Assembly (NCBI GenBank): GCA_963770895.1
Contig: CAVYRF010000002.1
Location: 2,592,001-2,656,000, forward strand
Direction: 5' to 3'
Length of the DNA stretch: 64,000 nucleotides
Origin: an uncultured Acidobacteriota bacterium
GTDB lineage: Bacteria > Acidobacteriota > Thermoanaerobaculia > Multivoradales > UBA5704
Part shown: positions 18,198 through 30,825 of the stretch, piece by piece
Position numbering within the stretch: the stretch's first letter is position 1
How the letters are laid out: each line of letters begins with the position of its first letter
The notes under the pieces: generated by a model
What the model saw: the letters and a program-made list of their open reading frames with translations, nothing else
Told to the model about the DNA's origin: nothing
Databases searched by the model: none
Program-made: the position numbers and the translations under genes

Positions 18198-21026
18198 ATG
18201 GATGCCGCCCGCCCCCGCCTCTTCCTGATCGACGGCTATAACACCATCTTCCGGGCGTTCTACGCCATCCGCAACCTCTCCAACTCCAAGGGCGAGCCTA
18301 CCAATGCCGTGTACGGCTTTGTCACCATGCTGCGCAAGCTGCTGCGCGAAGAGCAGCCCGACCTGATCGGCGTCGCCCTGGACGTCGGCCGCACCTTCCG
18401 CAGCGAACGCTTCGAACAATACAAGGCCAACCGCACGCCGATGCCCGAGGACCTGGCGAGCCAGCTGCCCTGGGTGCGCCGCGTGCTGGAGGCGTACCGC
18501 ATCCCGATCCTGGAGCTGGCCGGCTACGAGGCCGACGACGTGCTGGGCAGCCTGGCTTGCAACGCCGCCGCCGCCGGCTACGACGTGGTGCTGGTGTCGG
18601 CCGACAAGGACCTGATGCAGCTGGTCGAGCCGCGCGTGTCGCTCTACCACACCGGCCGCTCCAAAATGTACGGGCCGGCCGAGGTGGCGGAAGACTTCGG
18701 TGTGCCGCCGGCCAAGGTCGCCGACGTGCTGGCGCTGGCCGGCGATTCGATCGACAACATCCCCGGCGTGCCGGGCATCGGCGACAAGGGGGCAAAGGCG
18801 CTCATCGCCGAATACGGCTCGCTCGAAGAGCTGCTGGCGCGCGCCGGCGAGGTGACGCGCAAGAGCTACCGCGAAGGGCTGCAGCAGCACGCCGAGCAGG
18901 CGCGGATGTCCAAGGAGCTGTCCACCATCCACACCGACCTGCCGATCGCCTTCGATCCGGCCGCCCTGCGCCACGACGCGCCCGACCCGGTGGCGCTGCG
19001 CCGCCTGTTCGGCGAGCTGGAGTTCCACTCGCTGGCCGAAGAGCTGGCGCCGGCGGCGGGCGCCCCGGCGCTGCTGGCGCCCGGCGACGTGCGCCAGCTG
19101 ACCACGGCCGACGAATGGGCTGCGGCCGTTGCCGCCCTGGAAGGCGCCGCGGCCGCCGCCGGCCCGGCCCGCCTCGACGCCGGCGCTGCCGCTGTGCCGG
19201 CCGCCGATGCCGCGCCGGTGCCCGAAATCTTCGTCGCGATTCTGGGCGACGCCGAGCCGCTGGGGCTCGCGCTCGCCGCCGGCGGCGCGGCCGCAGCGCC
19301 GGCGGCGCCAGCGTCGCCGGACGGCAGCGGGGCGTCGCCGGACGGCGACGGGGAGGCGGCGGCAGCGGCCGCGAGCCCCCAGGCGGCCGCGGGCAGCGAG
19401 GTGCTGGTGGCGGATTTTCGCCATCCCGCGCTGCGCGCCGCGGTGGTCGCCACGCTGGAGCGGTGGATCGCCCCCGGAGCCGCGCCCGCGGTCCAGCTGG
19501 CGGGCCACAACCTCAAGGAAGTGCTGCGGCTCTGCCCCGGCGGCGCCCGCTGCGGCGTGCGGCTGTTCGACCTCATGCTGGTGTCGTACCTGCTCAAGCC
19601 TTCGGCGCACGGCCACAGCTTCGACGAGCTGGCGCTGGAGCGCCTGAACGTGCGGCCGCTGTCGGCGCGGGAAGCGGGGTGGGACAAGGGCCAGGTGCCG
19701 CTGCCCGGAGACACCCGGCTGCTCGCCTACGCCGCCGAGCGGGTGGCGCTGGCGCGCCAGATGGCGGCCGGCATGCGGCGCGAGCTGGTGGGCGACCTGG
19801 CGCGCATCTACGACGACATCGAGATGCCGCTGCTGCCCGTCCTGGTCGGCATGGAAGAGACCGGCATCCTGCTCGACTCGGCCTACCTCAAGGACATGTC
19901 GGCGGAGCTGGGGAGCGAAATCGCGCAGCTTGAAGAAGACATCTGGCGCCAGGCCGGCGAGCGCTTCAACCTCAGCTCGCCGCAGCAGCTGGGGGTGGTG
20001 CTGTTCGAACGCATGGGGCTGCCGGTGCTCAAGCGCACGCAGAAGACCAAGAGCTATGCGACCGGCGCCGAAACGCTGGAGGAGCTGGCCACGCGCGGCT
20101 TTCCGATCGCCCAGCTGCTGCTGCGCCACCGCGAGCTGACCAAGCTCAAAAGCACCTACGTGGACGCCCTGCCGGCGCTGGTCGACGGCAACGGACGCCT
20201 GCACACCCGCTTCCAGCAGGCGGTCGCCGCCACCGGCCGGCTGTCGTCCGCCAACCCCAACCTGCAGAACATCCCGGTGCGCACCGAGCTGGGCCTGCGC
20301 ATCCGCCGCGCCTTCGTCGCCGCCTCCGGCCACCAGCTGCTGGCCGTCGACTACAGCCAGGTCGAGCTGCGCATCCTGGCGCACATCGCCGGCGAGCCCG
20401 AGCTGATCCGCGCCTTCGCCGCCGGCGAGGACATCCACCGCGCCACCGCCGCCCTGGTGTTCGGCACCTCGCCCGACCTGGTCAGCGCCGACCAGCGCCG
20501 CGCCGCCAAGACGATCAACTTCGGCATCCTCTACGGCATGAGCGCCTTCGGTCTGGCGCAGAACCTCGGCATCACCAAGGCGGAGGCGGACCGCTTCATC
20601 ACCGCCTACATGGACCGCTACCCCGGAGTGCGGCGCTACGTCGAGGAGACGGTGCGCAACGCGGAGCGCGACGGCCGCGTGGAGACGCTGTACGGGCGGG
20701 TGCGCTGGCTGCCCGACATCCAGAGCAAGAACCACAACCTGCGCGAGAACGCCCGCCGCATGGCGATCAACGCCCGCATCCAGGGAACCGCCGCCGACCT
20801 GCTCAAGATGGCGATGATCGCCGTCGACCGGCGGCTGTGCCGCGAGCACCCGGCGGTGCGCCTGCTGCTGACGGTCCACGACGAGCTGCTGTTCGAAGTT
20901 CCCGAAGGCGAGGTCGCGGCGGTGACCAGCCTGGTGCGGCATGAGATGGAAGGGGTGGCGCAGCTGGCGGTGCCGCTGCGGGTCGACGCCGGCGCCGGCG
21001 GCAGCTGGTACGCGGCCAAGGCGTAG
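18198..21026 (+). CDS. polA: DNA polymerase I
   Basis: 5'-3' exo (LIDG, PTNAVYGF, EADD, DKD, GDSIDNIPGVPGIG); polymerase motifs TGRLSS.NPNLQNIP, DYSQVELR, KTINFGILYG, IQGTAAD, VHDEL. Confidence 0.98.
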   Translation: MDAARPRLFLIDGYNTIFRAFYAIRNLSNSKGEPTNAVYGFVTMLRKLLREEQPDLIGVALDVGRTFRSERFEQYKANRTPMPEDLASQLPWVRRVLEAYRIPILELAGYEADDVLGSLACNAAAAGYDVVLVSADKDLMQLVEPRVSLYHTGRSKMYGPAEVAEDFGVPPAKVADVLALAGDSIDNIPGVPGIGDKGAKALIAEYGSLEELLARAGEVTRKSYREGLQQHAEQARMSKELSTIHTDLPIAFDPAALRHDAPDPVALRRLFGELEFHSLAEELAPAAGAPALLAPGDVRQLTTADEWAAAVAALEGAAAAAGPARLDAGAAAVPAADAAPVPEIFVAILGDAEPLGLALAAGGAAAAPAAPASPDGSGASPDGDGEAAAAAASPQAAAGSEVLVADFRHPALRAAVVATLERWIAPGAAPAVQLAGHNLKEVLRLCPGGARCGVRLFDLMLVSYLLKPSAHGHSFDELALERLNVRPLSAREAGWDKGQVPLPGDTRLLAYAAERVALARQMAAGMRRELVGDLARIYDDIEMPLLPVLVGMEETGILLDSAYLKDMSAELGSEIAQLEEDIWRQAGERFNLSSPQQLGVVLFERMGLPVLKRTQKTKSYATGAETLEELATRGFPIAQLLLRHRELTKLKSTYVDALPALVDGNGRLHTRFQQAVAATGRLSSANPNLQNIPVRTELGLRIRRAFVAASGHQLLAVDYSQVELRILAHIAGEPELIRAFAAGEDIHRATAALVFGTSPDLVSADQRRAAKTINFGILYGMSAFGLAQNLGITKAEADRFITAYMDRYPGVRRYVEETVRNAERDGRVETLYGRVRWLPDIQSKNHNLRENARRMAINARIQGTAADLLKMAMIAVDRRLCREHPAVRLLLTVHDELLFEVPEGEVAAVTSLVRHEMEGVAQLAVPLRVDAGAGGSWYAAKA

Positions 21027-21084
21027 GCCACCGCCTCACACGGTCACACGCTCACGAGGTCACGACGTGAAAGGAGGGAGGCGC

Positions 21085-21234
21085 ATGAAGGGACGCAACA
21101 TCGGCATGATCCTGCTGGCGATCCACCTGATTCTGGTCGGCCTGATCGCAGTCGGCGTGATGTTCGCCGGGATGGGAATGCTGGCGGGGCTGTTCGCCCT
21201 GGCCGCCGGCATTTTCCTGCTGCTCGGCAAGTGA
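21085..21234 (+). CDS. Small hydrophobic two-TM protein (49 aa)
   Basis: Strong RBS AAGGAGGGAGG; MKGRNIGMILLAIHLILVGLIAVGVMFAGMGMLAGLFALAAGIFLLLGK. Confidence 0.75.
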   Translation: MKGRNIGMILLAIHLILVGLIAVGVMFAGMGMLAGLFALAAGIFLLLGK

Positions 21235-21323
21235 CGGGCGCCGGGGGTTACGGTCGCGGCAACCGCGACGGCCGCCGCCCCCGGCGATTCCAGCCCAAGG
21301 ATGGCGACACGGAGGAGCTCGCG

Positions 21324-21740
21324 ATGGCGGTAGAGATCAAGGGCCGGTATTTCGGCCACCTCAACACGGAAATGACCCACGGCCCGTCGGGCGTCCTGCT
21401 GCGCACCGCGGCGCCGCTCGACAACCAGGGCGACGGCAGCTCCTTTTCGCCCACCGACCTGGTGGCGGCGGCGCTGGCCTCGTGCATGGTCACCACCCTG
21501 GCGATCGTGGCGGAGCGCGACGGCATCGACCTGTCCGGCGTCACCTTCCGGGTGGAAAAGGAGATGGCGAGCGAGCCGCGGCGGATCGCCCGCCTGCCGG
21601 TCGAGATCCACCTGCCGGCCGCCCTGGCGCCCGCCGAGCGGACCAAGCTGGAGCGCGCCGCGCACACCTGCCCGGTGCACCGCAGCCTGGCGCCGGAGGT
21701 CGAAAAGGACGTCCGCTTCCTCTACGACGTGACGGGCTGA
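21324..21740 (+). CDS. OsmC family protein
   Basis: GGAGGAG RBS; FSPTDLVAAALASC...LERAAHTCPVHRSL (two conserved Cys). Confidence 0.9.
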   Translation: MAVEIKGRYFGHLNTEMTHGPSGVLLRTAAPLDNQGDGSSFSPTDLVAAALASCMVTTLAIVAERDGIDLSGVTFRVEKEMASEPRRIARLPVEIHLPAALAPAERTKLERAAHTCPVHRSLAPEVEKDVRFLYDVTG

Positions 21741-21754
21741 ACGGGGGCGCCGCC

Positions 21755-22552
21755 ATGACCGCCACGCCCCCAGCCGTAGCCGCGACCGGGTGCAACCTCG
21801 CCGGCAAGGTGGCGCTGGTCACCGGCGCCTCGCGCGGCATCGGCGCCGCCATCGCCACCGCCTTCGCCGCCGCCGGCGCGCGGGTGGTGCTCGCCAGCCG
21901 CAAGCTCGCGGATCTGGAAGCGGTCGCCGACGCCATCCGCGCCGCGGGCGGCGAGGCGCTGCCGGTCGCCTGCCACACCGCGCGCGCTGCCGACGTGGAG
22001 GCGCTGGCCGCCGCCGCCGACGCGGCGTTCGGCGGTGTCGACGTGCTGGTCAACAACGCCGCCACCAATCCCCACTTCGGCCCGCTGCTGGAGGCGGACG
22101 AGGGGCATTGGGACAAGACGTTCGCGGTCAACGTCAAGGGCTACGCGATGGTGATCCGCGCCTGCGTGCCGTCGATGCGCCGGCGCGGCGGCGGTGCGAT
22201 CGTCAACCTGGCGTCGGTCGCCGGCATGACGCCGCACACCGGTCTGGGCGTCTACGGCGTCACCAAGGCGGCGGTGCTGATGCTCACCCGCACCCTGGCG
22301 CTGGAGCTCGCCGGCGAAGCGATCCGGGTCAACGCGATCGCCCCCGGCCTCATCCAGACCCGTTTCAGCGAAGCGCTCTGGCAGAGCGAGCCGATGCGCC
22401 GGCAGGCGCTGGCCGCCATTCCGCAGGGGCGGATGGGCCAGCCCGAAGACCTGGTGGGAGCCGCTCTCTACCTGGCGAGCGATGCGGCGCGGTTCACCAC
22501 CGGCGCCGTGCTGGTGGTGGACGGCGGCCAGACGGTCGGCGGCGCCTACTGA
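21755..22552 (+). CDS. Short-chain dehydrogenase/reductase (DHRS4-like)
   Basis: TGASRGIG, NNAATNPHFG, YGVTK, NAIAPG, VDGG. Confidence 0.93.
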   Translation: MTATPPAVAATGCNLAGKVALVTGASRGIGAAIATAFAAAGARVVLASRKLADLEAVADAIRAAGGEALPVACHTARAADVEALAAAADAAFGGVDVLVNNAATNPHFGPLLEADEGHWDKTFAVNVKGYAMVIRACVPSMRRRGGGAIVNLASVAGMTPHTGLGVYGVTKAAVLMLTRTLALELAGEAIRVNAIAPGLIQTRFSEALWQSEPMRRQALAAIPQGRMGQPEDLVGAALYLASDAARFTTGAVLVVDGGQTVGGAY

Positions 22553-23643
22553 TCCGGCTGCGGCCGGACTGGCTGGCCGGGCGCCGCGGTCGGAGCGCCC
22601 GCCTCCTCCCCAGGCGCCGTCGCGCCGGCGTGCCCCCTCTGGATCAGCGCCTGCGCCAGCTGCTCGACGGCGGCTGCCAGCGGCGCGTCGCCCTGCAAGC
22701 CAAAGCGGCCGGTGAACTGGGCGAACAGGCGATCGCGCCGGGCGCGGTTGAGGCGCGCCAGGGCGAGCAGGCCGCTTTCCAGCGGCCGGCGCCGCTCGCC
22801 GCGCAGGCGGCGTTCATCCGGCACGCCGTCCTCCGTCAGGGTCGCATCCAGCAGCCGCCGGGCGCGTTCGGCGGCGGCCTCGCCCAGGGCGGCGGCCAGC
22901 TGGTCCGCCATGACGTGCGCGTCGTGCAGCTCGCCCAGCACGTCCTGCATGGACTTCAGCCGCTGCACCAGCGGCGACGCCTGGGCCACGTCCGCCAGCG
23001 GCTCGGCCAGGTAGCGCAGGCGCTTGGCGCTGATCCTGGCGCGGTGCGCCGGCCTGACGTCGCCGGGGCCCTCGATGCGCGCCAGCCGCCGCGCCAGGTC
23101 GGCGGCATGCTGGCGCAGGATGGCGGCGGCGGCGGCGCCGAAAGAGGGCGGGTCGCCGTCCAGGCGCACCTCGGCGCGGTAGACCGACAGGTCGGCCCGC
23201 AGCTTGGTGGCGAACGGCGGGAAGCGCTCCTCAAGGTGCGCGCGCAGCCCGCGATAGGCGTCCTTGTGCCGCTTCTCCAGCTGGGCGAGCAGCCAGGCGA
23301 GGCCGATCCGGTGATGGCGGGAAAGGTCGCGCCCGGCCTGGCGCAGCCACTCGATCTGCACCTCGACGTCGCGTCCCGGCCCGGTCGACCGGGCCAGACG
23401 CTCCAGGCGCCGCGCCAGCTTCGGCGGCACGCTGTCGCCAAGCTGGGGAGCGTACGAGCGCAGGCAGCTGCGCAGGCGCCGCAGGGCCACCCGAACGTCG
23501 TGCAGCGCCTCGTCGTCGTCTCCCGCGGCGAGCCTGGGCAGGGCCGCGGCGGCTTCCTCCAGGTAGATCAGCGCCAGGCGCCGGGCGGCTTCTTCGGGCG
23601 AGCGCAGGAGCAGCTCGGCCGCGTCCGTGCCGGCCTCAGGCAT
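22546..23643 (-). CDS. CHAD domain protein (polyphosphate-binding)
   Basis: EALHDVRVALRRLRS, RDVEV, HRARISAKRLRYLAE, QDVLGELHD. Confidence 0.9.
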   Translation of the reverse strand: MPEAGTDAAELLLRSPEEAARRLALIYLEEAAAALPRLAAGDDDEALHDVRVALRRLRSCLRSYAPQLGDSVPPKLARRLERLARSTGPGRDVEVQIEWLRQAGRDLSRHHRIGLAWLLAQLEKRHKDAYRGLRAHLEERFPPFATKLRADLSVYRAEVRLDGDPPSFGAAAAAILRQHAADLARRLARIEGPGDVRPAHRARISAKRLRYLAEPLADVAQASPLVQRLKSMQDVLGELHDAHVMADQLAAALGEAAAERARRLLDATLTEDGVPDERRLRGERRRPLESGLLALARLNRARRDRLFAQFTGRFGLQGDAPLAAAVEQLAQALIQRGHAGATAPGEEAGAPTAAPGQPVRPQPDQ

Positions 23644-23771
23644 CGCCGGCCGTTCGCACGATCCTAGTGTCCCGCCCGGTTAATTCGCATGGTATTCGCT
23701 TGCCCTCCGGCCCCCTGGCGGCGTTGCGCCTCCTCGCGGCGGTCATCGCAGGGGCAGCCGGCGGCGCCGGC

Positions 23772-24284
23772 TCAGCCGGCCAGCTCGCGCAGCAGGGCGG
23801 GCGTCAGCGCCCACAGCAGCGAGGCGGTGCCGGCGCCCACTTCGCCGGCGAACTCCACCAGGCAGGCACCCCCCTTGCGGAAGGAAAAGAGCCGCTTTTC
23901 GGTGCCGGTCAGCAGCCACGAGACGATCAGGCTGATGCTCGGCTCGTGGCCGACCACGGCCACCGTTTCGACCCCTTGCTGGCGTTGCAGGCGCAGCCAG
24001 GCCAGGAATTCCACCGGCGACGCGTCGGGCGCCAGCTCGCCGATCTCGACTTCACGCAGGCCGCCGTAGACGGAATCGAGCACGGCGCCGGTCTGGGCGG
24101 CGCGGGTCAGCGGGCTGGTGGCAAGCAGGTCGATCTCGGGCACCAGCCCCTTGAGGCCGCGCGCCGCCTGCTTCATCTTCTTACGCCCTTCGTCGGTGAG
24201 GGGCCGCAGCCGGTCGTCCTTGCCGGTGCGGGCAAAGTCCTCCCGCTCTTCGGCGATGGCATGCCGCAGGATCAGCAGCTTCAT
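23772..24284 (-). CDS. sixA: Phosphohistidine phosphatase SixA
   Basis: LRHAIA, RPLT.EG, SPL.RA.QT, VVGHEP, KGG. Confidence 0.88.
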   Translation of the reverse strand: MKLLILRHAIAEEREDFARTGKDDRLRPLTDEGRKKMKQAARGLKGLVPEIDLLATSPLTRAAQTGAVLDSVYGGLREVEIGELAPDASPVEFLAWLRLQRQQGVETVAVVGHEPSISLIVSWLLTGTEKRLFSFRKGGACLVEFAGEVGAGTASLLWALTPALLRELAG

Positions 24285-24642
24285 GGTGGCACCTCGGCTC
24301 GCACGCGCATAGCTTTACCCGGTCTGGCGCCAATTTGCAAAGGCCGGACTGAAAAAAGAGCCGGAGTGCGAGCGCGAGCGGGACGCCTGCGAACGCATCC
24401 CCGGGCTGTGCGGAGGTCCAAGGGTGGCCGCCGTGGTTGGGGAAGAGCCCCCGACGGCGACCGCGGAAAGACTACGGCAGCGCCGTCCCCGATGGGGTGG
24501 CGCATGGGTAGCGATCCGGTGACGCTTCCGTCGCGCCGGCGCTCATGCCGCCCCTGCCGGCGATCGTCGGATGGCGCCGCGGGACGCTCTGGCTCGTGAT
24601 AGCGTTGCGTGCCGACACCTGCTTCCCCGGAGGCACTGCCGC

Positions 24643-25839
24643 ATGTCCAGCCCTGCAGCGCCCACCGCCGCGACCACCGCTCCTCAGACTCTGCGGCGCA
24701 CGCCTTTGTATCCCTGTCACGTCGCCGCCGGCGCCCGCATGGTGGGCTTCGCCGGCTGGGACATGCCGGTCCAGTACGCCGGCGTCATCGAAGAGCACCG
24801 CGCGGTGCGCCAGGCGGCCGGACTTTTCGACGTCTCGCACATGGGTGAGATCCGCGTCCACGGCGCCGGCGCCCTGGCCTTTCTGCAGCGCCTCACCCCC
24901 AACGACGTGGCCCGCCTGGCCGTCGGGCGGGCGCACTACAGCGGCCTGCTCACCGAACGCGGCACCTATATCGACGACCTGCTGGTCTACCGCTTGGCCG
25001 CGGACGATTTCCTGCTGGTGGTCAATGCCAGCAACGCCCAGGCCGACCTGGCCTGGATCCAGCGGCAGGCCGCCGCGGCTGCCCCGGCTGACTCAGCTGG
25101 CTCCGCTGGCTCGGACAACACGGCGGCCGAGGACGTCCAGATCAGCGACCAGAGCGACAGCTATGCGCTGCTGTCGCTGCAGGGCCCGCGCGCGCTGCAG
25201 ATCCTGGCGCCGCTCGCCGCCGGCGACGTGGGGGGGCTGCGCTACTACGGCTTCCTGCAAGGCCAGGTCGGGGGAGCGCCGGCGCTCATCTCGCGCACCG
25301 GCTACACCGGCGAAGACGGCTTCGAGCTCTACGTGGCGCCCGAGCACGCACCCGACCTGTGGCAGCAGCTGCTCGCCGCCGGCGCGCCGCACGGCCTGCA
25401 ACCGGCCGGGCTGGGAGCGCGCGACACCCTGCGGCTGGAGGCGGCCATGGCGCTCTACGGCCATGAGCTGGACAGCGATACGACGCCCTTCGAAGCCGGC
25501 CTGGCCTGGGTGGTCAAGCTGGACAAAGGCGACTTCATCGGCCGCCAGGCGCTGGCCGAGCAGCGCGAAGCGGGGGCGCACCGCAAGCTGGCAGGATTCA
25601 CCGTGCTGGGGCGTGGAATCGCGCGCCAGGGACACTCGGTTCTATCCGACGGGAGCGCGGTGGGAGCGGTCACCAGCGGCACCTGGAGCCCGACGCTCGA
25701 CCGGGCGATCGGCATGGCCTACGTGCCCGCGGCCCTGGCGACGCCCGGCACCCCGCTCGGCATCGACGTGCGCGGCCGGGTGGTCGAGGCGGTGGCGAGC
25801 GCCCTGCCGTTTTATCGCCGGCCGGCCGCGGGTACCTAA
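24643..25839 (+). CDS. gcvT: Glycine cleavage system aminomethyltransferase T
   Basis: GGAGG RBS; [46 protein letters not shown]. Confidence 0.97.
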   Translation: MSSPAAPTAATTAPQTLRRTPLYPCHVAAGARMVGFAGWDMPVQYAGVIEEHRAVRQAAGLFDVSHMGEIRVHGAGALAFLQRLTPNDVARLAVGRAHYSGLLTERGTYIDDLLVYRLAADDFLLVVNASNAQADLAWIQRQAAAAAPADSAGSAGSDNTAAEDVQISDQSDSYALLSLQGPRALQILAPLAAGDVGGLRYYGFLQGQVGGAPALISRTGYTGEDGFELYVAPEHAPDLWQQLLAAGAPHGLQPAGLGARDTLRLEAAMALYGHELDSDTTPFEAGLAWVVKLDKGDFIGRQALAEQREAGAHRKLAGFTVLGRGIARQGHSVLSDGSAVGAVTSGTWSPTLDRAIGMAYVPAALATPGTPLGIDVRGRVVEAVASALPFYRRPAAGT

Positions 25840-25918
25840 AGGGATTCTGATGGCGCAGGACGCCGCGGGCTGCTGGCGGGAGCTTTGATTTTCGTTCACA
25901 AAGGAGGGTACGCGACAG

Positions 25919-26291
25919 ATGTATCCCAGCGAGTATCTATATTCGAGAGAGCATGAGTGGGTGCGCGTGGACAACGACGTCTGCACCCTGGGGGTGACCG
26001 AGTTCGCGCAGCATGAGCTCGGTGAAGTGGTGTTCGTCGAGCTGCCTGAAGTCGGCCAGGTGTTCAACGCCAACGACGAGCTGGGCACCATCGAATCGGT
26101 CAAGGCGGTGGCGGAAGTCTTTTCGCCGGTGGCGGGGGAGATCGTGGAGATCAACGACGCGGTGGTCGACGATCCCGAGATGCTCAACGACGACCCGCAC
26201 ATCGAAGGCTGGCTGGTCAAGATCCGCTTCTCGTCGGCCGACGACCTCAAGGCCCTGATGACCGCCGAACAGTACGAGGAGTACGTCAAGA

Positions 26292-26305
<14 letters not shown>
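25919..26305 (+). CDS. gcvH: Glycine cleavage system H protein
   Basis: [17 protein letters not shown], lipoyl-Lys motif IESVKAV, GWLVKI. Confidence 0.97.
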
Positions 26306-29342
<3,037 letters not shown>

Positions 29343-29390
29343 CGGCAGGGCAGGGCTCCAGGGCGCACCGCCGCCGGCGCCGCGGATCGG

Positions 29391-29771
29391 ATGGTGAAAA
29401 TCCTCGGCTCCGCGGCGATCGGCCTCTTTCTCGCCTGCTGGGCGATGTTCTTTCTCCAGGTTTTGGGCTTCATCCGCCTGCCGCTGCTGCCGCGCCTGAC
29501 GCTCAGCGAGCTGTACAGCGGCGCCTCCGCCCTGGGCTGGCTGGCCGGCGCCACCTACGTGCAGCGCACCCGCCACCTGGCCGGCAGCTCGCGGCGGCCG
29601 CTCTTCCTGCTCTCCTTCTGGGGCCCGCCGAGCGTCGTCTTCCTGCTCGCCGCCATGGCCCGGCTGCAGCACCAGGCGCCGCTCGTCCTGCTCTGGGCGC
29701 TCGGCGTCTTCGCCATTTTCTACCTGGTGCCAGTGTCCTTCCGTTCAGTTGGACGCGGCCCGCGCACGTGA
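29391..29771 (+). CDS. Hypothetical four-TM membrane protein
   Basis: Hydrophobic ORF filling the gap between gcvP and larE, same strand. Confidence 0.65.
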   Translation: MVKILGSAAIGLFLACWAMFFLQVLGFIRLPLLPRLTLSELYSGASALGWLAGATYVQRTRHLAGSSRRPLFLLSFWGPPSVVFLLAAMARLQHQAPLVLLWALGVFAIFYLVPVSFRSVGRGPRT

Positions 29772-29789
29772 CCGAAGCTGGGGCGATCG

Positions 29790-30740
29790 ATGGCAACGCC
29801 TGACCCGAAGACGGACGTCGACCAGCGCATCGCGCGGGTGGTGGCGGATCTTGCCGCGCGCGGTTCGGTGCTGGTCGCCTATTCGGGCGGCGTCGACTCG
29901 GCGCTGGTGGCCGCCCTGGCCGTGCGCGCCGTGGGCGAACGGGCCCTGGCGCTCACCGCCGCCGCCGAAACCCTGGCCGGCGCCGAGCTGGATCACGCGC
30001 GGCGGCTGGCAGCGGAGATCGGCATCCGCCACCAGATCGTCACCTACAGCGAGCTGGACGATCCCGAGTTCGTCGCCAACCCCGCCCACCGCTGCTACGT
30101 CTGCCAGGGCATGCGCATGGACGCCATGCTCGAACAGGCGCGGCGGCGCGGTCTGGCGGTCGTCTGCGACGGCACCAACGCCTCCGACCCCGGCCCCGAC
30201 CGCCCCGGCCTGCGCGCCATCCAGGAGCGCCCGGTCTACTCGCCGCTGCTCGCCCACGGCATCGACAAGCCCACCGCCCGCGCCATGGCGCAAGCCCTGG
30301 GCCTCTCGGTCTGGGACCGGCCGGCCAACGCCTGCCTGTCCTCCCGCATCCCCCACGGCCAGCTGGTCACCCTGGGCAAGCTGCGCCGCATCGAAGCCGC
30401 CGAAGAGCTGATCGCCGCCGCCGGCTTCCACGTCGTCCGCGTCCGCGACGACGCCGGCGCCGCGCGCGTCGAAGTCGACCCCCCCGCGGTCCCCCGCCTG
30501 GCCGCCACGTGGGACACCCTGGCCCCCCGCCTGCGCGACCTGGGCTTCGCCGCCGCCGCCTTCGACCCCCAAGGCTACCGCCGCGGCGGCGCCGACCTGC
30601 CGCGCCCGGCAGGCGCCGCGGGCGCCGTGGCAACCGGCGCGCAGCCAGCCGGCGACGCCTCCGCCGGGGCGCACGCCCTTCCGGCCGGCGGCAAGGTAGC
30701 GGTCCCCGCACCCGTCTCCGCGAGCGATCCCCGGCAATGA
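29790..30740 (+). CDS. larE: ATP-dependent sulfur transferase LarE
   Basis: PP-loop AYSGGVDS, RCYVC, DGTN..D....RPG, SPL, PANACLSSRIPHG, VRVRD. Confidence 0.9.
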   Translation: MATPDPKTDVDQRIARVVADLAARGSVLVAYSGGVDSALVAALAVRAVGERALALTAAAETLAGAELDHARRLAAEIGIRHQIVTYSELDDPEFVANPAHRCYVCQGMRMDAMLEQARRRGLAVVCDGTNASDPGPDRPGLRAIQERPVYSPLLAHGIDKPTARAMAQALGLSVWDRPANACLSSRIPHGQLVTLGKLRRIEAAEELIAAAGFHVVRVRDDAGAARVEVDPPAVPRLAATWDTLAPRLRDLGFAAAAFDPQGYRRGGADLPRPAGAAGAVATGAQPAGDASAGAHALPAGGKVAVPAPVSASDPRQ

Positions 30741-30825
30741 ATCCCGACGGCCTGCAACGCCTTCTTTGCGCTGGCGCCGCCGGCGAAGTCATGTCCAGCA
30801 AAACCCGTGTGCGCGAGCTCCGGCG

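Noticed and set aside
18198-21026. Intein in polA as explanation for extra length
   Set aside because: Insert is low-complexity Ala/Pro sequence without intein terminal motifs.
24325-24338. TGGCGCCAATTTGC as a sigma-54 promoter; also TGGCATGAGCCAATGC near 55793
   Set aside because: GG-to-GC spacing is off by one base, which sigma-54 does not tolerate.
24300-24642. Glycine riboswitch expected before gcvT
   Set aside because: Conserved aptamer motifs (GGAGA, CCGAAG, CUCUCAGG) not found.
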